Assembly (NCBI GenBank): GCA_963773815.1 | Contig: CAVZCI010000017.1 | Coordinates: forward strand, 891 to 64,890 | DNA: 64,000 nucleotides | Source of the DNA: an uncultured Acidobacteriota bacterium | Lineage (GTDB): Bacteria > Acidobacteriota > Thermoanaerobaculia > UBA5066 > DATFVB01 | Reading direction: 5' to 3' | Part shown: positions 21,401 through 31,487 of the stretch, piece after piece | Layout of the letters: every line of letters begins with the position of its first letter | Position numbering within the stretch: position 1 is the first letter of the stretch | Position numbers and translations under genes: made by a program | Notes under the pieces: model-generated | Seen by the model: the letters and a program-made list of their open reading frames with translations, nothing else | Databases searched by the model: none | Told to the model about the DNA's origin: nothing

Positions 21401-21903
21401 ACGCCGCCCGTCTCGCGTTCGACGTCGCCGGAGCGGTCGCGATCCTGTTCGCCGCGGTGATGGTCGTCCACCGGAACCCGATCAAGAGCCTCCTCGCGAT
21501 CGTCGTTTCGTTCTTCGCGATCGCCGCCGGCTTCGTGCTCCTCTCCGCGCCGTTCCTCGCGGTCATCCAGGTCATCGTCTACGCGGGGGCGATCCTCGTC
21601 CTGTTCCTGTTCGTCACGATGCTGCTGAACCTCGACACCGAAGAGGAGGCGCGCGACCCGCGATTCCTCCAGCGCCTGTTTTCTCTCGCGGGCATCGTCG
21701 CGTTCGCCGCGTTTCTTCTCGGCGCGGTCCGCCGGTCGGGCTCGGCCGTCCGGCCGTCCGGCCTCCCGCCGGCGACCGGGGAGATCGCTCCCCTCGCGCG
21801 CGCGCTGTATTCCCGGGCCGCTCTCCCGTTCGAGGCCGTTTCGATCCTCCTGCTCGCCTCGCTGACGGGCGCATACCTGCTGATGCGGCGGGGAGACCGG
21901 TGA
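21397..21903 (+). CDS. nuoJ: NADH-quinone oxidoreductase subunit J
   Basis: QVIVYAGAILVLFLFV. Confidence 0.92.
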   Translation: MNAARLAFDVAGAVAILFAAVMVVHRNPIKSLLAIVVSFFAIAAGFVLLSAPFLAVIQVIVYAGAILVLFLFVTMLLNLDTEEEARDPRFLQRLFSLAGIVAFAAFLLGAVRRSGSAVRPSGLPPATGEIAPLARALYSRAALPFEAVSILLLASLTGAYLLMRRGDR

Positions 21904-21910
21904 GCGGGCG

Positions 21911-22216
21911 ATGAGGGTTCCGCTGACGGACGTCCTCTTCGTTTCGGCCGCGCTGTTCTGCCTCGGCCTCGCGGGGGCGCTGCTGCGGCGCAACGCGATC
22001 ACGATCTTTCTGTCGATCGAATTGATGCTGAACGGCGCGAACCTGGCTCTCGCGGGAATCGGGCAGGCCGTCGGCGGGTATTCGGGCCAGATCGTCGTAT
22101 TCTTCGCGATCGTCGTCGCGGCCGCGGAAGCGGCCGTCGGCCTCGCGATTTTCGTGAACGTCTTCCGCCACAACGAGACGATCGACGTGAACAAGATCAA
22201 CCTCCTGAAGTGGTGA
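21911..22216 (+). CDS. nuoK: NADH-quinone oxidoreductase subunit K
   Basis: SIELMLN, AAAEAAVGLA. Confidence 0.95.
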   Translation: MRVPLTDVLFVSAALFCLGLAGALLRRNAITIFLSIELMLNGANLALAGIGQAVGGYSGQIVVFFAIVVAAAEAAVGLAIFVNVFRHNETIDVNKINLLKW

Positions 22217-22220
22217 GCGG

Positions 22221-24161
22221 ATGAGCGTTCCGCTGTGCCTGATTCCGCTGCTCCCCCTCGCGGGGTTCCTCCTGTGCGGCCTCTTCGGCCGCAAGCTCGG
22301 GAAGGGCTTCGTGACGGCGTGCGGAGCGGGATCGGTCGGGCTCGCGACCGTTGCGGCTTACGCGCGCCTCGTTCCCTATGCCGCGGGCGTTTTCGCGGGC
22401 AACGCGGCGCCCGTCGTCGAGCGGTACGCTTCGTGGATCCGCGTCGGCGGCTTCTCGGTCGATTTCGCGATGCGGCTGGACCCCCTTTCGGCCGTCATGC
22501 TCTCTTTCGTGACGTTCGTCGGCTTTCTCATCCACGTGTACTCCGTCGGATACATGCACGAGGACGAAGGGTACTGGCGGTTCTTCTCGTACCTGAACCT
22601 CTTCATGGTCGCGATGCTGACGCTCGTCCTTGCCGACAACTTCCTCCTCCTCTTCGTCGGCTGGGAGGGCGTCGGGCTGTGCTCGTACCTCCTGATCGCG
22701 TTCGACTACCTGAAGGAGGATTCCGCGCGGGCCGGCCGCAAGGCCTTCGTGACGAACCGCGTCGGCGATTTCGGGTTTCTCCTCGCCCTGTTCCTCATTC
22801 TCGGAAGGTTCGGCTCTCTCGACTTCGGAAGGATCTTTCCGATGGCCGCCGCGGAGCCCCTCCGGTTCGCTCCGGCGACGACCGCGATCGCTCTGCTGCT
22901 GTTCGTCGGCGCCTGCGGCAAGAGCGCGCAGATCCCGCTCTACGTGTGGCTCCCCGACGCGATGGCGGGCCCGACGCCCGTCTCCGCGCTGATCCACGCG
23001 GCGACGATGGTCACGGCGGGCGTGTACGTCGTCGTCCGCAGCAACGTCCTGTTCCGCCTCTCTCCCGGCGCGATGGCGCTCGTCGCGATCGTCGGGGCGG
23101 CGACCGCGATTTTCGCGGCGATCGTCGGAACCGCCCAGGACGACATCAAAAAGGTCCTCGCCTATTCGACGATCTCGCAGCTGGGATACATGTTCCTCGC
23201 GTGCGGCGTCGGGGCTTTCGTCGCCGGGATGTTCCACGTCCTCACGCACGCCTTCTTCAAGGCCCTCCTGTTCCTCGGGGCCGGGTCCGTGATCCACGCG
23301 ATGGGCGGCGAGCAGAACACTCTCCGCATGGGGGGCCTGCGAAAGGCGCTGCCCGTGACGTTCTGGACGTTTCTCGCGGCGACGCTCGCGATCGCCGGAA
23401 TCCCGATCTGGGCGGGGTTCTTCTCGAAGGACGAGATCCTCGGCGCCGCGTTCGCGAAGAGTCCCGCGCTGTGGGCCGTCGGATTCCTCGCGGCGGGTAT
23501 CACCTCGTTCTACATGTTCCGCCTCCTCTACCGGACGTTCTTCGGCGAGTTCCGCGGGACCGAAGAGCAGCGCCATCACCTCCACGAGTCGCCCGCCGCG
23601 ATGACGGTGCCCCTCGCCGTCCTCGGCGTCCTTTCGACGGTCGGCGGATTCCTCGGGCTGCCGCGGCTGCTCGGCGCACGCGCGAACCTCTTCCACCGCT
23701 TCCTCGACGGCATCGTCCTGCCGATGGCCGGCGCGGCCGAGCCCGCGGAGCTGTCCCGAGGCGCGGAAATCGCGCTGATCGCCGCGTCCGTCGCGATCGC
23801 GGGGGCCGGCTGGCTCGTCGCGAAGCGTTGCTACGCCGGCCCGGCCGCCGAGGATCTTCCCGGCCGGTTCACGCGGCGTTTCCCCGGTTTCGCGGGCCTC
23901 GTGCGCCGGAAGTTCGCGATCGACGAGCTCTACGAGCGGATTCTCTACCGCCCCTTCCGCGCCCTCTCGCGCGGTTTCTGGAAGATCGTCGACGTGCTCC
24001 TGATCGACGGCCTCATCAACGCGGGGTCCTTCCTCGTCGAGCTCGCGGGCGATCTCCTCCGGTTCTTCACGACCGGAAACGTCCGCAATTACGCGCTCAC
24101 GTTCCTGCTCGGGATCGTCGCCCTGCTCGCGTACCTCGGATTCGGAGGCCTGGTCCGTTGA
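22221..24161 (+). CDS. nuoL: NADH-quinone oxidoreductase subunit L
   Basis: GWEGVG, GKSAQ..WLPDAMAGPTPVSALIHAATM. Confidence 0.96.
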   Translation: MSVPLCLIPLLPLAGFLLCGLFGRKLGKGFVTACGAGSVGLATVAAYARLVPYAAGVFAGNAAPVVERYASWIRVGGFSVDFAMRLDPLSAVMLSFVTFVGFLIHVYSVGYMHEDEGYWRFFSYLNLFMVAMLTLVLADNFLLLFVGWEGVGLCSYLLIAFDYLKEDSARAGRKAFVTNRVGDFGFLLALFLILGRFGSLDFGRIFPMAAAEPLRFAPATTAIALLLFVGACGKSAQIPLYVWLPDAMAGPTPVSALIHAATMVTAGVYVVVRSNVLFRLSPGAMALVAIVGAATAIFAAIVGTAQDDIKKVLAYSTISQLGYMFLACGVGAFVAGMFHVLTHAFFKALLFLGAGSVIHAMGGEQNTLRMGGLRKALPVTFWTFLAATLAIAGIPIWAGFFSKDEILGAAFAKSPALWAVGFLAAGITSFYMFRLLYRTFFGEFRGTEEQRHHLHESPAAMTVPLAVLGVLSTVGGFLGLPRLLGARANLFHRFLDGIVLPMAGAAEPAELSRGAEIALIAASVAIAGAGWLVAKRCYAGPAAEDLPGRFTRRFPGFAGLVRRKFAIDELYERILYRPFRALSRGFWKIVDVLLIDGLINAGSFLVELAGDLLRFFTTGNVRNYALTFLLGIVALLAYLGFGGLVR

Positions 24162-25684
24162 GCTCGATCCCGCACCTGCTGACCTGGGTCATCTTCCTGC
24201 CGGCGGCGGGAGCGGCGCTGATCGCGATTTTTCCCGCGCGTGCATCCGTCGAGATCAAAACGGCCGGCATCGTCATCTCCGTCGCGACGTTTCTCCTTTC
24301 CCTCGGGTTCTGGACGGGATTCGACCCGCGAACGGCGGGATTTCAATTCCAGGAGCGCGCGGCGTGGATCCCGGCGTTCGGCATTTCGTACTCGATCGGC
24401 ATCGACGGGATTTCGCTCCTGCTCGTCCTGCTGACGACGCTGCTCACGCCGATCGCGCTGCTGTTTTCGATCGGGCACGTTCGGCAGAGCGTTCGCGGCT
24501 TCACCGCGTCGTTCCTCGTTCTCGAGACGGGGATGCTCGGGTCCCTCGCGTCGCTCGACCTGGTGCTGTTCTATTTCTTCTGGGAAATCATGCTCGTGCC
24601 GATGTACTTCATCATCGGGATCTGGGGCGGCAAGCGGCGAATCTACGCGGCGGTCAAATTCTTCCTGTTCACGATGGCGGGTTCGCTCCTGATGTCGCTC
24701 GGCATCCTGTTTCTCGCGATCCAGTACCACCGGGCGACCGGAACGTGGACCTTCGCGCTGCAGGACTTCTACCGGCTGAGCTTCCCGATGCCGGCCCAGA
24801 TGTTGCTGTTCTTCGCGTTCTCGATCGCCTTTCTCGTGAAGGTGCCGGTCTTTCCGCTGCACACGTGGCTGCCCGACGCGCACACGGAGGCCCCGACGGC
24901 CGGCTCGATCATCCTCGCGGGCGTGCTGCTGAAGCTCGGAGTGTACGGGTATTTGCGGTTCTCGCTTCCGCTGTTTCCCCATGCCGCGCTGAAATTCGCT
25001 CCGTGGCTCGCCCTGCTGTCCGTGATCGGGATCGTCTACGGGTCGATGGTCGCCTTCGCCCAGACGGACATGAAGCGTCTCGTCGCTTACTCCTCGGTCG
25101 CGCACCTGGGACTCGTCATGCTCGGCATCGCGGCCCTGACGAGCCTTTCGACGACCGGCGCGGTCCTCCAGAGCGTGAACCACGGCCTTTCGACGGGGGC
25201 CCTCTTCCTCCTCGTCGGCGTCCTGTACGAGAGGCGCCACACACGGGAGATCGATGCTTACGGCGGCATCGCGCGCGTCGTGCCGGTCACCGCGACGCTC
25301 TTCGTCATCTCCGCGCTCGCCTCGATCGGTCTCCCCGGCTTGAACGGATTCGTCGGCGAGTTCCTGATCCTCAACGGAACGTTCAACGCGCCGCACGTCC
25401 CGAAGTGGTGGGCGGTTGCGGGGACGGCCGGGATGGTGCTGTCCGCGCTCTACCTCCTGACGCTCGTTCAGCGCGTCTTCTGGACTCCCCTGAAGAACGA
25501 GGAGAACAGGAACCTGCCGGACATCCGGCGCTCCGAGCTGATCGGCGCCGTCGCGCTCATCCTCTGCATGGTCTGGATCGGCCTCGCGCCGAACTTCTTC
25601 CTCGACAAGATCCACGGGTCCGTCGACGAGCTCCTCGCGTTCGTGCATTCGAAAGCCGCGATGCCGCTGAGGCCCGGCCCATGA
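24158..25684 (+). CDS. nuoM: NADH-quinone oxidoreductase subunit M
   Basis: KVPVFPLHTWLPDAHTEAP, AYSSVAH. Confidence 0.95.
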   Translation: MSSIPHLLTWVIFLPAAGAALIAIFPARASVEIKTAGIVISVATFLLSLGFWTGFDPRTAGFQFQERAAWIPAFGISYSIGIDGISLLLVLLTTLLTPIALLFSIGHVRQSVRGFTASFLVLETGMLGSLASLDLVLFYFFWEIMLVPMYFIIGIWGGKRRIYAAVKFFLFTMAGSLLMSLGILFLAIQYHRATGTWTFALQDFYRLSFPMPAQMLLFFAFSIAFLVKVPVFPLHTWLPDAHTEAPTAGSIILAGVLLKLGVYGYLRFSLPLFPHAALKFAPWLALLSVIGIVYGSMVAFAQTDMKRLVAYSSVAHLGLVMLGIAALTSLSTTGAVLQSVNHGLSTGALFLLVGVLYERRHTREIDAYGGIARVVPVTATLFVISALASIGLPGLNGFVGEFLILNGTFNAPHVPKWWAVAGTAGMVLSALYLLTLVQRVFWTPLKNEENRNLPDIRRSELIGAVALILCMVWIGLAPNFFLDKIHGSVDELLAFVHSKAAMPLRPGP

Positions 25685-27141
25685 TCCCCGCGCTGTTTCC
25701 CGGCGACCTCGCGAGCGTCGCGCCCGAGATCGTCCTCGCGGCGGCCGGCTGCGTTTTGCTCCTCCTCGAGGCGTTCATCCCCTCGAGCCGGCGCTCGTTT
25801 GCCGCGATTTCGATCCTCGCGGTCGGCGGGTACCTCGTTCTCCTCGAGAGGCTTCCGGGCGGCTCGACGTTCTCCGGAACGTTCGATTCCTCCGTGCTCG
25901 CGCGGGTCTTCGGCCTGTTTGCCGGCCTCGCGGCCGTTCTCACGCTCCTGATCGCGCGTCCCTACCTGGACGCGGCGGCCCGGGCGGGCTGGATTCCCGC
26001 GGGCGGCGAGTTCTATCCCCTTCTCCTGTGGGGAATCGTCGGAGTCTCGCTGATGGCGCGCGGGCTCGATCTGCTCGTGATCTTCCTCGGCCTGGAGACG
26101 TTCTCGCTCTGCTTCTACATCCTCGCGGCGTTCTTCCGAAAGTCCGCCGCGTCCGCGGAAGCGGGCCTGAAGTACTTCCTGACCGGCGCGTTCGCGTCGT
26201 CGTTCACGCTCCTGGGGATCGCGATTCTTTTCGGAAAGCTCGGAACGACGAAAATCACCGGGTTCGGAGGACCGCTCCCTTCCGATCCGCTCCTGACGGC
26301 CGGCCTCGTGTTTCTGCTCGCCGGGTTCGGGTTCAAGATTGCGCTCGCGCCGTTCCACGCCTGGGCCCCCGACGTGTACGCCGGCATGCCGACGCCGGCG
26401 GTGGCTTTCCTGTCCGTCGCGCCGAAGGGAGCGGCCCTGATCGTCCTCTTTCGCGTTTTCGCCGCCGTCTTCGGAGGCGCCCTTCCCTCGCGGTTTCAGG
26501 CCGCTCTCGCCGCGCTCGCGGTGCTCTCGATGTGCCTCGGAAACCTCGTCGCGCTCGCGCAGAGAGACCTCAAGCGGCTCCTTGCGTACTCCGGAATCGC
26601 GCACATGGGCTACGTCGGCATCGCGCTCGCCGTGTTCGGCCGCGAGGCGTTCGCGGCCGTGCTCGTCTACCTCTTTGCGTACGCGTTCGCGAACGTCGGA
26701 GCGTTCGCCTGCGTCGCGGCCCTGTCCCGGGACGAGACGAAGCCCCACTCGATCGGGCTCTACGCCGGAGCGGGCCGGACCGCGCCCCTGACGGCATTCG
26801 TCCTCGCGATCTGCATGATTTCGCTCGGCGGCATCCCCGCGACGGCCGGGTTCATCGGCAAATTCTTCGTCTTCAAGGCCGCGATCGAGGGGAGGTTCCT
26901 GTGGCTCGCGATCGTCGGGGTCGCGAACAGCCTCGTCTCGCTCGGGTACTACCTGCGCGTCGTCTACGTCCTCTACATGCGGGAACCGATCGAGGGCGAA
27001 GCGCCGGCGCCGCTCTCCCCCGAGAGCCGCCTCGCGATCCTCCTCTGCGGCCTCGGCACGCTCGGAATCGGGATCTTCCCGTCGCGCGTCCTCGACCTCG
27101 CCGCCGTCGCGTCCCGGTTCCTCCCGCACCTGCGCCCATGA
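25681..27141 (+). CDS. nuoN: NADH-quinone oxidoreductase subunit N
   Basis: EAGLKYF, PFHAWAPDVY, KRLLAYSGIAH. Confidence 0.95.
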   Translation: MIPALFPGDLASVAPEIVLAAAGCVLLLLEAFIPSSRRSFAAISILAVGGYLVLLERLPGGSTFSGTFDSSVLARVFGLFAGLAAVLTLLIARPYLDAAARAGWIPAGGEFYPLLLWGIVGVSLMARGLDLLVIFLGLETFSLCFYILAAFFRKSAASAEAGLKYFLTGAFASSFTLLGIAILFGKLGTTKITGFGGPLPSDPLLTAGLVFLLAGFGFKIALAPFHAWAPDVYAGMPTPAVAFLSVAPKGAALIVLFRVFAAVFGGALPSRFQAALAALAVLSMCLGNLVALAQRDLKRLLAYSGIAHMGYVGIALAVFGREAFAAVLVYLFAYAFANVGAFACVAALSRDETKPHSIGLYAGAGRTAPLTAFVLAICMISLGGIPATAGFIGKFFVFKAAIEGRFLWLAIVGVANSLVSLGYYLRVVYVLYMREPIEGEAPAPLSPESRLAILLCGLGTLGIGIFPSRVLDLAAVASRFLPHLRP

Positions 27142-27785
27142 GCCGCCGTCCCCCGGCCGGGTCCGAGAGCGTTTCCGAAGTCACGGCCCGCCGGCTCTCG
27201 CTCTATCTCCGCGGGCTCCAAACACTCGAGGCCGACGGCGTCCGCACGATTTCCTCGCACGATTTCGCGAAGCAGTTCCACCTGAACTCCGCGCAGATCC
27301 GGAAAGACCTCGCGATGTTCGGCGAATTCGGGATCCGGGGCGTCGGCTACGACGTCGCGACGCTGAAAAGGCACCTCATCCAGCTTCTCGGCATCGATTC
27401 CGAGAAGACCGTGATCCTGTGCGGCGCGGGGCACCTCGGCCTCGCGCTCGCGGCGTACGGGGGATTCAATTCCGGCGGTTTCCGGATCGTCGCGCTGTTC
27501 GACGTCGATCCGGCGAAGATCGGCACGAAATTGAAGACGGGCATTCCGATTCTCGCCGCGGACTCGATCCCCGATTTCGCGTCGCGCCAGCCGGTGGACA
27601 TCGGCGTGATCGCCGTTCCGGCGGACGCCGCGCGGGCCACGATCGACGCGCTCGTCGCCGCGAAGATCCGCGCGATCCTGAACTTCGCGCCCGTCCAGCT
27701 GAAAGCCCCGGAGAACGTTTTCCTGAAGAACGTGGACCTGAAGATCAACCTCGAGACGCTGTCGTTTTACTTGAGGAATTCGTAG
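27138..27785 (+). CDS. rex: Redox-sensing repressor Rex
   Basis: RLSLYLR, SAQIRKDL..FG.RGVGY, GAGHLG, ILNFAP. Confidence 0.95.
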   Translation: MSRRPPAGSESVSEVTARRLSLYLRGLQTLEADGVRTISSHDFAKQFHLNSAQIRKDLAMFGEFGIRGVGYDVATLKRHLIQLLGIDSEKTVILCGAGHLGLALAAYGGFNSGGFRIVALFDVDPAKIGTKLKTGIPILAADSIPDFASRQPVDIGVIAVPADAARATIDALVAAKIRAILNFAPVQLKAPENVFLKNVDLKINLETLSFYLRNS

Positions 27786-27873
27786 GGGTCAGGGCTTTCG
27801 CCCTTCATCGGCAGCCGGGAATTGCGCGCCTTAGCCGGTTGCATTATGATTCCATTTTGGAACCGGAGGATCG

Positions 27874-28113
27874 ATGCCAACCGTGACGCTCAAAGGAATG
27901 CCGGAAACGCTGCACCGCCGCCTGAAGAGCCGCGCCCGGGAACGCGGAAGGAGCCTCAACAAGGAGATCCTTTCCTGCCTCGAAACGGCTGTCTCGGCCC
28001 ACCGCGTGGATACCGAGACATGGCTGCGACGGGCGGCCGACTCACGCAGCCGCGTCCGCGGCCCCATAAAGGATTCCGACCTGAAGGCCTGGCGCGAGAC
28101 CGGCCGCGCTTGA
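27874..28113 (+). CDS. FitA/Arc-like RHH antitoxin
   Basis: MPTVTLKGMPETLHRRLKSRA..RSLNKEI. Confidence 0.85.
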   Translation: MPTVTLKGMPETLHRRLKSRARERGRSLNKEILSCLETAVSAHRVDTETWLRRAADSRSRVRGPIKDSDLKAWRETGRA

Positions 28114-28499
28114 TCGTCGTCGACACGAACATGCTCGCCTACCTCTGGCTCCCCGGGCCGCGAACCGCCGCGGCCGAAAAACTCCTGCAGGCCGACTCCG
28201 ACTGGAACGCTCCCCTGCTCTGGCGGTCGGAGTTTCGAAGCATTCTCGCAGGGTGCCTTCGCCGCGGCGACATGGCCTTCGAGGGAGCGCTCCGGATCGT
28301 CGCCGACGCCGAGGAACAGATGTCAGGACGCGAGTTCGAAGTTCCCTCCGCGGATGTCCTCCGTCTCGTGCAGCAATCCCCCTGCTCCGCCTACGACTGT
28401 GAGTTCGTCGCGCTGGCTCAGGATCTCGGAGTTCCGCTCGTGACTTCGGACAAAGCGATCCTGAAGGCCTTCTCAGCGGTCGCACGTCCGCTCGAGTAG
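28110..28499 (+). CDS. vapC: VapC PIN toxin
   Basis: IVVDTN, SAYDCEFVALA, LVTSD. Confidence 0.9.
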   Translation: MIVVDTNMLAYLWLPGPRTAAAEKLLQADSDWNAPLLWRSEFRSILAGCLRRGDMAFEGALRIVADAEEQMSGREFEVPSADVLRLVQQSPCSAYDCEFVALAQDLGVPLVTSDKAILKAFSAVARPLE

Positions 28500-28683
28500 A
28501 GATTGCCGGCCGATAGGCTGGCGCGGGTCCTGCCCGGCGTCACCTTCCGGCTGTGCGTGGAGCCTTCAATCGATCCGCCTGAATTCAGTCGGTCGCACTC
28601 CTCCGCGCAGGCGGAAGGGATGCCGCCGCCGGTCACCCGCGCCCGGATCCCCGAGCAAAGTCTGCTCCCGCAGGTTCAACCCC

Positions 28684-28707
28684 GGGCGCAATGAATTGCG
28701 CCCCTAC
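28684..28707 (-). repeat. GTAG-type REP overlapping the radA stop
   Basis: Minus strand GTAGGGGCGCAATTCATTGCGCCC. Confidence 0.75.
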
Positions 28708-30050
28708 GAGCCGGGTTGTTTCCCCGCGAGCTCCCCGACGTCGGAGATCGGGAACGCCTTCAGCCCGGGGAACTCGCCGGCGGACGAGGCGTCCGATTTC
28801 GAGAGGTAGACCTTGCGAAAGCCGTGCGCCATTCCCTCGCGCAGGCGCGCCGGCGCATCGGGGACGGAGCGGACCTCCCCGAGCAGCCCGACTTCCCCGA
28901 AATAGAACGCGTCCGCGGGCAGCGGCTGCTTCGTCTGCGACGAGAGGATCGCGGCCGCGAGCGCGAGGTCGACGGCCGGCTCGCGCAGGTCGAGGCCTCC
29001 GGCGCACGAGACGAAAACTTCCCTCTGGGCGAAGGAGAAGCCTGCCCTCGCCTCGAGGACCGCGAGGATCATCGAGAGCCTCCCGGAATCGAGGCCGACG
29101 GCGCTGCGCCGGGCGGAGCCGGCCACGAGCGGGCCGACGAGCGCCTGGATCTCGACGAGCAGCGGCCGGGTGCCTTCCACGGAGGCGGAGACGGCGCTGC
29201 CCGCGACTCCCGCGCGCCGCTCGGCGAGCAGGGCGCTCGAGGGATCCGCGATCTCGGCGAGGCCGCTCTCGGTCATCTCGTAGAGCGCGACTTCTTCGAT
29301 CGGCCCGAAACGGTTCTTGAGCGCCCGCAGCACGCGCCGGCCGCGCGAGCGGTCGCCTTCGAAGGAGAGGACCGTGTCGACGAGATGCTCGAGGGATTTC
29401 GGGCCCGCGAGCGACCCGTCCTTCGTGACGTGGCCGATCAGGACGACAGGAACGTCCTTCTGCTTCGCGAACCTCTGGAACAGGAGCGCGGCCGTGCGCA
29501 CCTGGGCGATCGATCCCGCCGGCGAGGCGACGCCGTCCGAGACGACCGACTGAACGGAATCGACGACGACGAGGGCCGGGGCGAGCGCTTCGGCCTCGCG
29601 GCAGGCGACTTCCGCGTCCGTTTCCGCCAGCACGAACAGCTCCGGCGCGAGCGCGTCGAGCCTCCCCGCCCGGAGCCGCACCTGGCGCGCGGACTCCTCT
29701 CCCGAAACGAACAGCACGCGCCGGCCCGCCGCGGCGAGACGCTTGGCCGACTGAAGCAGCAGAGTCGATTTGCCGACGCCCGGCTCCCCGCCGACGAGCA
29801 CGACCGAGCCCGCGACGATGCCTCCCCCGAGCACGCGGTCGAAGTCGGAGAGGCCCGTCGTCAGGCGCGGCGCCTCGTCGCCCGCGACGTCGCCGATCGC
29901 GACGGCGCGGCCCGGCGCCGCCGGCCCGCGCCTCTTCGGGGGAGGGCTCTGCTCGCCGTACGAGTTCCACGCGCCGCAGTCGGGGCAACGGCCGAGCCAT
30001 TTCGCGGAAGACGCGCCGCATTCGGCGCAGGAAAAGATCGGCCCCTTCAC
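28704..30050 (-). CDS. radA: DNA repair protein RadA/Sms
   Basis: C4 zinc finger, GEPGVGKSTL, KNRFG, Lon-like C-terminus. Confidence 0.95.
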   Translation of the reverse strand: MKGPIFSCAECGASSAKWLGRCPDCGAWNSYGEQSPPPKRRGPAAPGRAVAIGDVAGDEAPRLTTGLSDFDRVLGGGIVAGSVVLVGGEPGVGKSTLLLQSAKRLAAAGRRVLFVSGEESARQVRLRAGRLDALAPELFVLAETDAEVACREAEALAPALVVVDSVQSVVSDGVASPAGSIAQVRTAALLFQRFAKQKDVPVVLIGHVTKDGSLAGPKSLEHLVDTVLSFEGDRSRGRRVLRALKNRFGPIEEVALYEMTESGLAEIADPSSALLAERRAGVAGSAVSASVEGTRPLLVEIQALVGPLVAGSARRSAVGLDSGRLSMILAVLEARAGFSFAQREVFVSCAGGLDLREPAVDLALAAAILSSQTKQPLPADAFYFGEVGLLGEVRSVPDAPARLREGMAHGFRKVYLSKSDASSAGEFPGLKAFPISDVGELAGKQPGS

Positions 30051-31487
30051 TTGACCGGAATCGAGCTCAGGAGGAGCTTGATATCGTCGTCGCTCCATCG
30101 CACTCCGGCCCCGAAGAACAGCGAGTCCGCCTTCTTCTTCCGGTTCAGGAAATCGTCGTATCCGGCCGTCGCATAAATCGAGGGCGAGAAGTAGTACCGT
30201 CCCCCGATCTTCATGTGCGCGTTGTAGTCCTGGCGCGCGAAATCCCACGCGTCGAACGAAAAGCGAAGGCGCTTGTTCAGCAGCGAATAGTCCACGCCTC
30301 CGCCGCCGCGCGACTCTTCGAGCCCGGCTCGCAGCGTGAGGTTCCCGAAATTGAACCCGAACAGCGCCGAGATCGCGTTCGAATCGTCGAAGCTCTCCGT
30401 TTGAAGGGAGGTCGTCTCCTGATGGCCGTCCGGATAGGTCGTCGTGTAGTTCTTCGTCGTGAGGGTTCGCCTCCCGAACGGCTGCGTCGCGAGCTCGAAC
30501 CGGTAGAAGTGCTCGTCGTTCGGGATGATGTCGGCGGTCAGGTACCCCTTCGATTTCGCCGGCGAGCTCAGGTACTCGGCGCGGAGGCCGAGGTCGATCT
30601 TGATCTTTCCGACCTTGCCGAGGGTCTTGTTGAGGGCGCCGACGCCTTCCTTCACGGACACGAGCGCGTCGTTCAGATTCCGGGACGTTTCGTCGCTGTT
30701 GATGAGCTGGCCGACGGTCCCCTTCCCCGTGTCGATCTTGCCGGTGATCGAGTTGAGATTGTCGGCGGTCTTCTGGAGCTTGTCGGAGATCTCCTTGATG
30801 TTCGAGATCGACGCCGTCGTGCTGCCGGAATTCGCGGCGACGAGCGCGTCGATCCGGTCGGCCAGGCGCACGATCGACGCGGAGAATTCCCGGAGATTCG
30901 ACGCCGTCGCGTCGACGTTTTCGTGATTCGTCGCGACGATGACCTTGAGCTCTTCGGTGATCCGCTCGACGTTCTCGACGATCGCCTTCATCGTCTGCTC
31001 GCCCTGGGGCCCCCCGAGCGCCCCGCGCAGGCTCGACGTGATGTCCTTCACGTCCGCCTCGATGTCGCGGGCGAGCTTCGTGACCTGGTCGAAGGAGACG
31101 GCCTGGTTGCCCGTCAGGATCGAGTCCTCGGGCAGGGGCGCAGCCCCGATCGGGCCGGGGATCAGCTCGAGGTATTTTTCCCCGAGCAGGCCGAGGTTCG
31201 CGATCGCGGCGGAGGCCCCCTGGCGCAGCTCCACGTTCGGGTCTTCGATTTCGACCGTCACGTAGGCGCGGCCCTCGATCTGCCGGATCTTCGTGACTTT
31301 GCCGACGCGCACGCCCGCGACTCGGACGACCGCCTTGTCGTCGAGACCCGACACGTCGGTGAAGACGACCGAGATCTGACTTCACCCCTTTTCGCCCGAG
31401 GTGAAGGTCTTCGATCTTGAAAATCAGGATTCCCGCGAGGACCATCACCACGAGGAAAAACAGTCCCACCTTCGCAGCCGAGTTCAT
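30047..31487 (-). CDS. mlaD: MlaD/MCE family protein (frameshift near 31380)
   Basis: N-terminal TM, VAGVRVGKV, GLLGEKYLEL, helical region, beta-rich C-terminus. Confidence 0.85.

Noticed and set aside
28704-31487. 927-aa MlaD-RadA ORF
   Set aside because: Produced by the mlaD frameshift; the middle section is out-of-frame sequence
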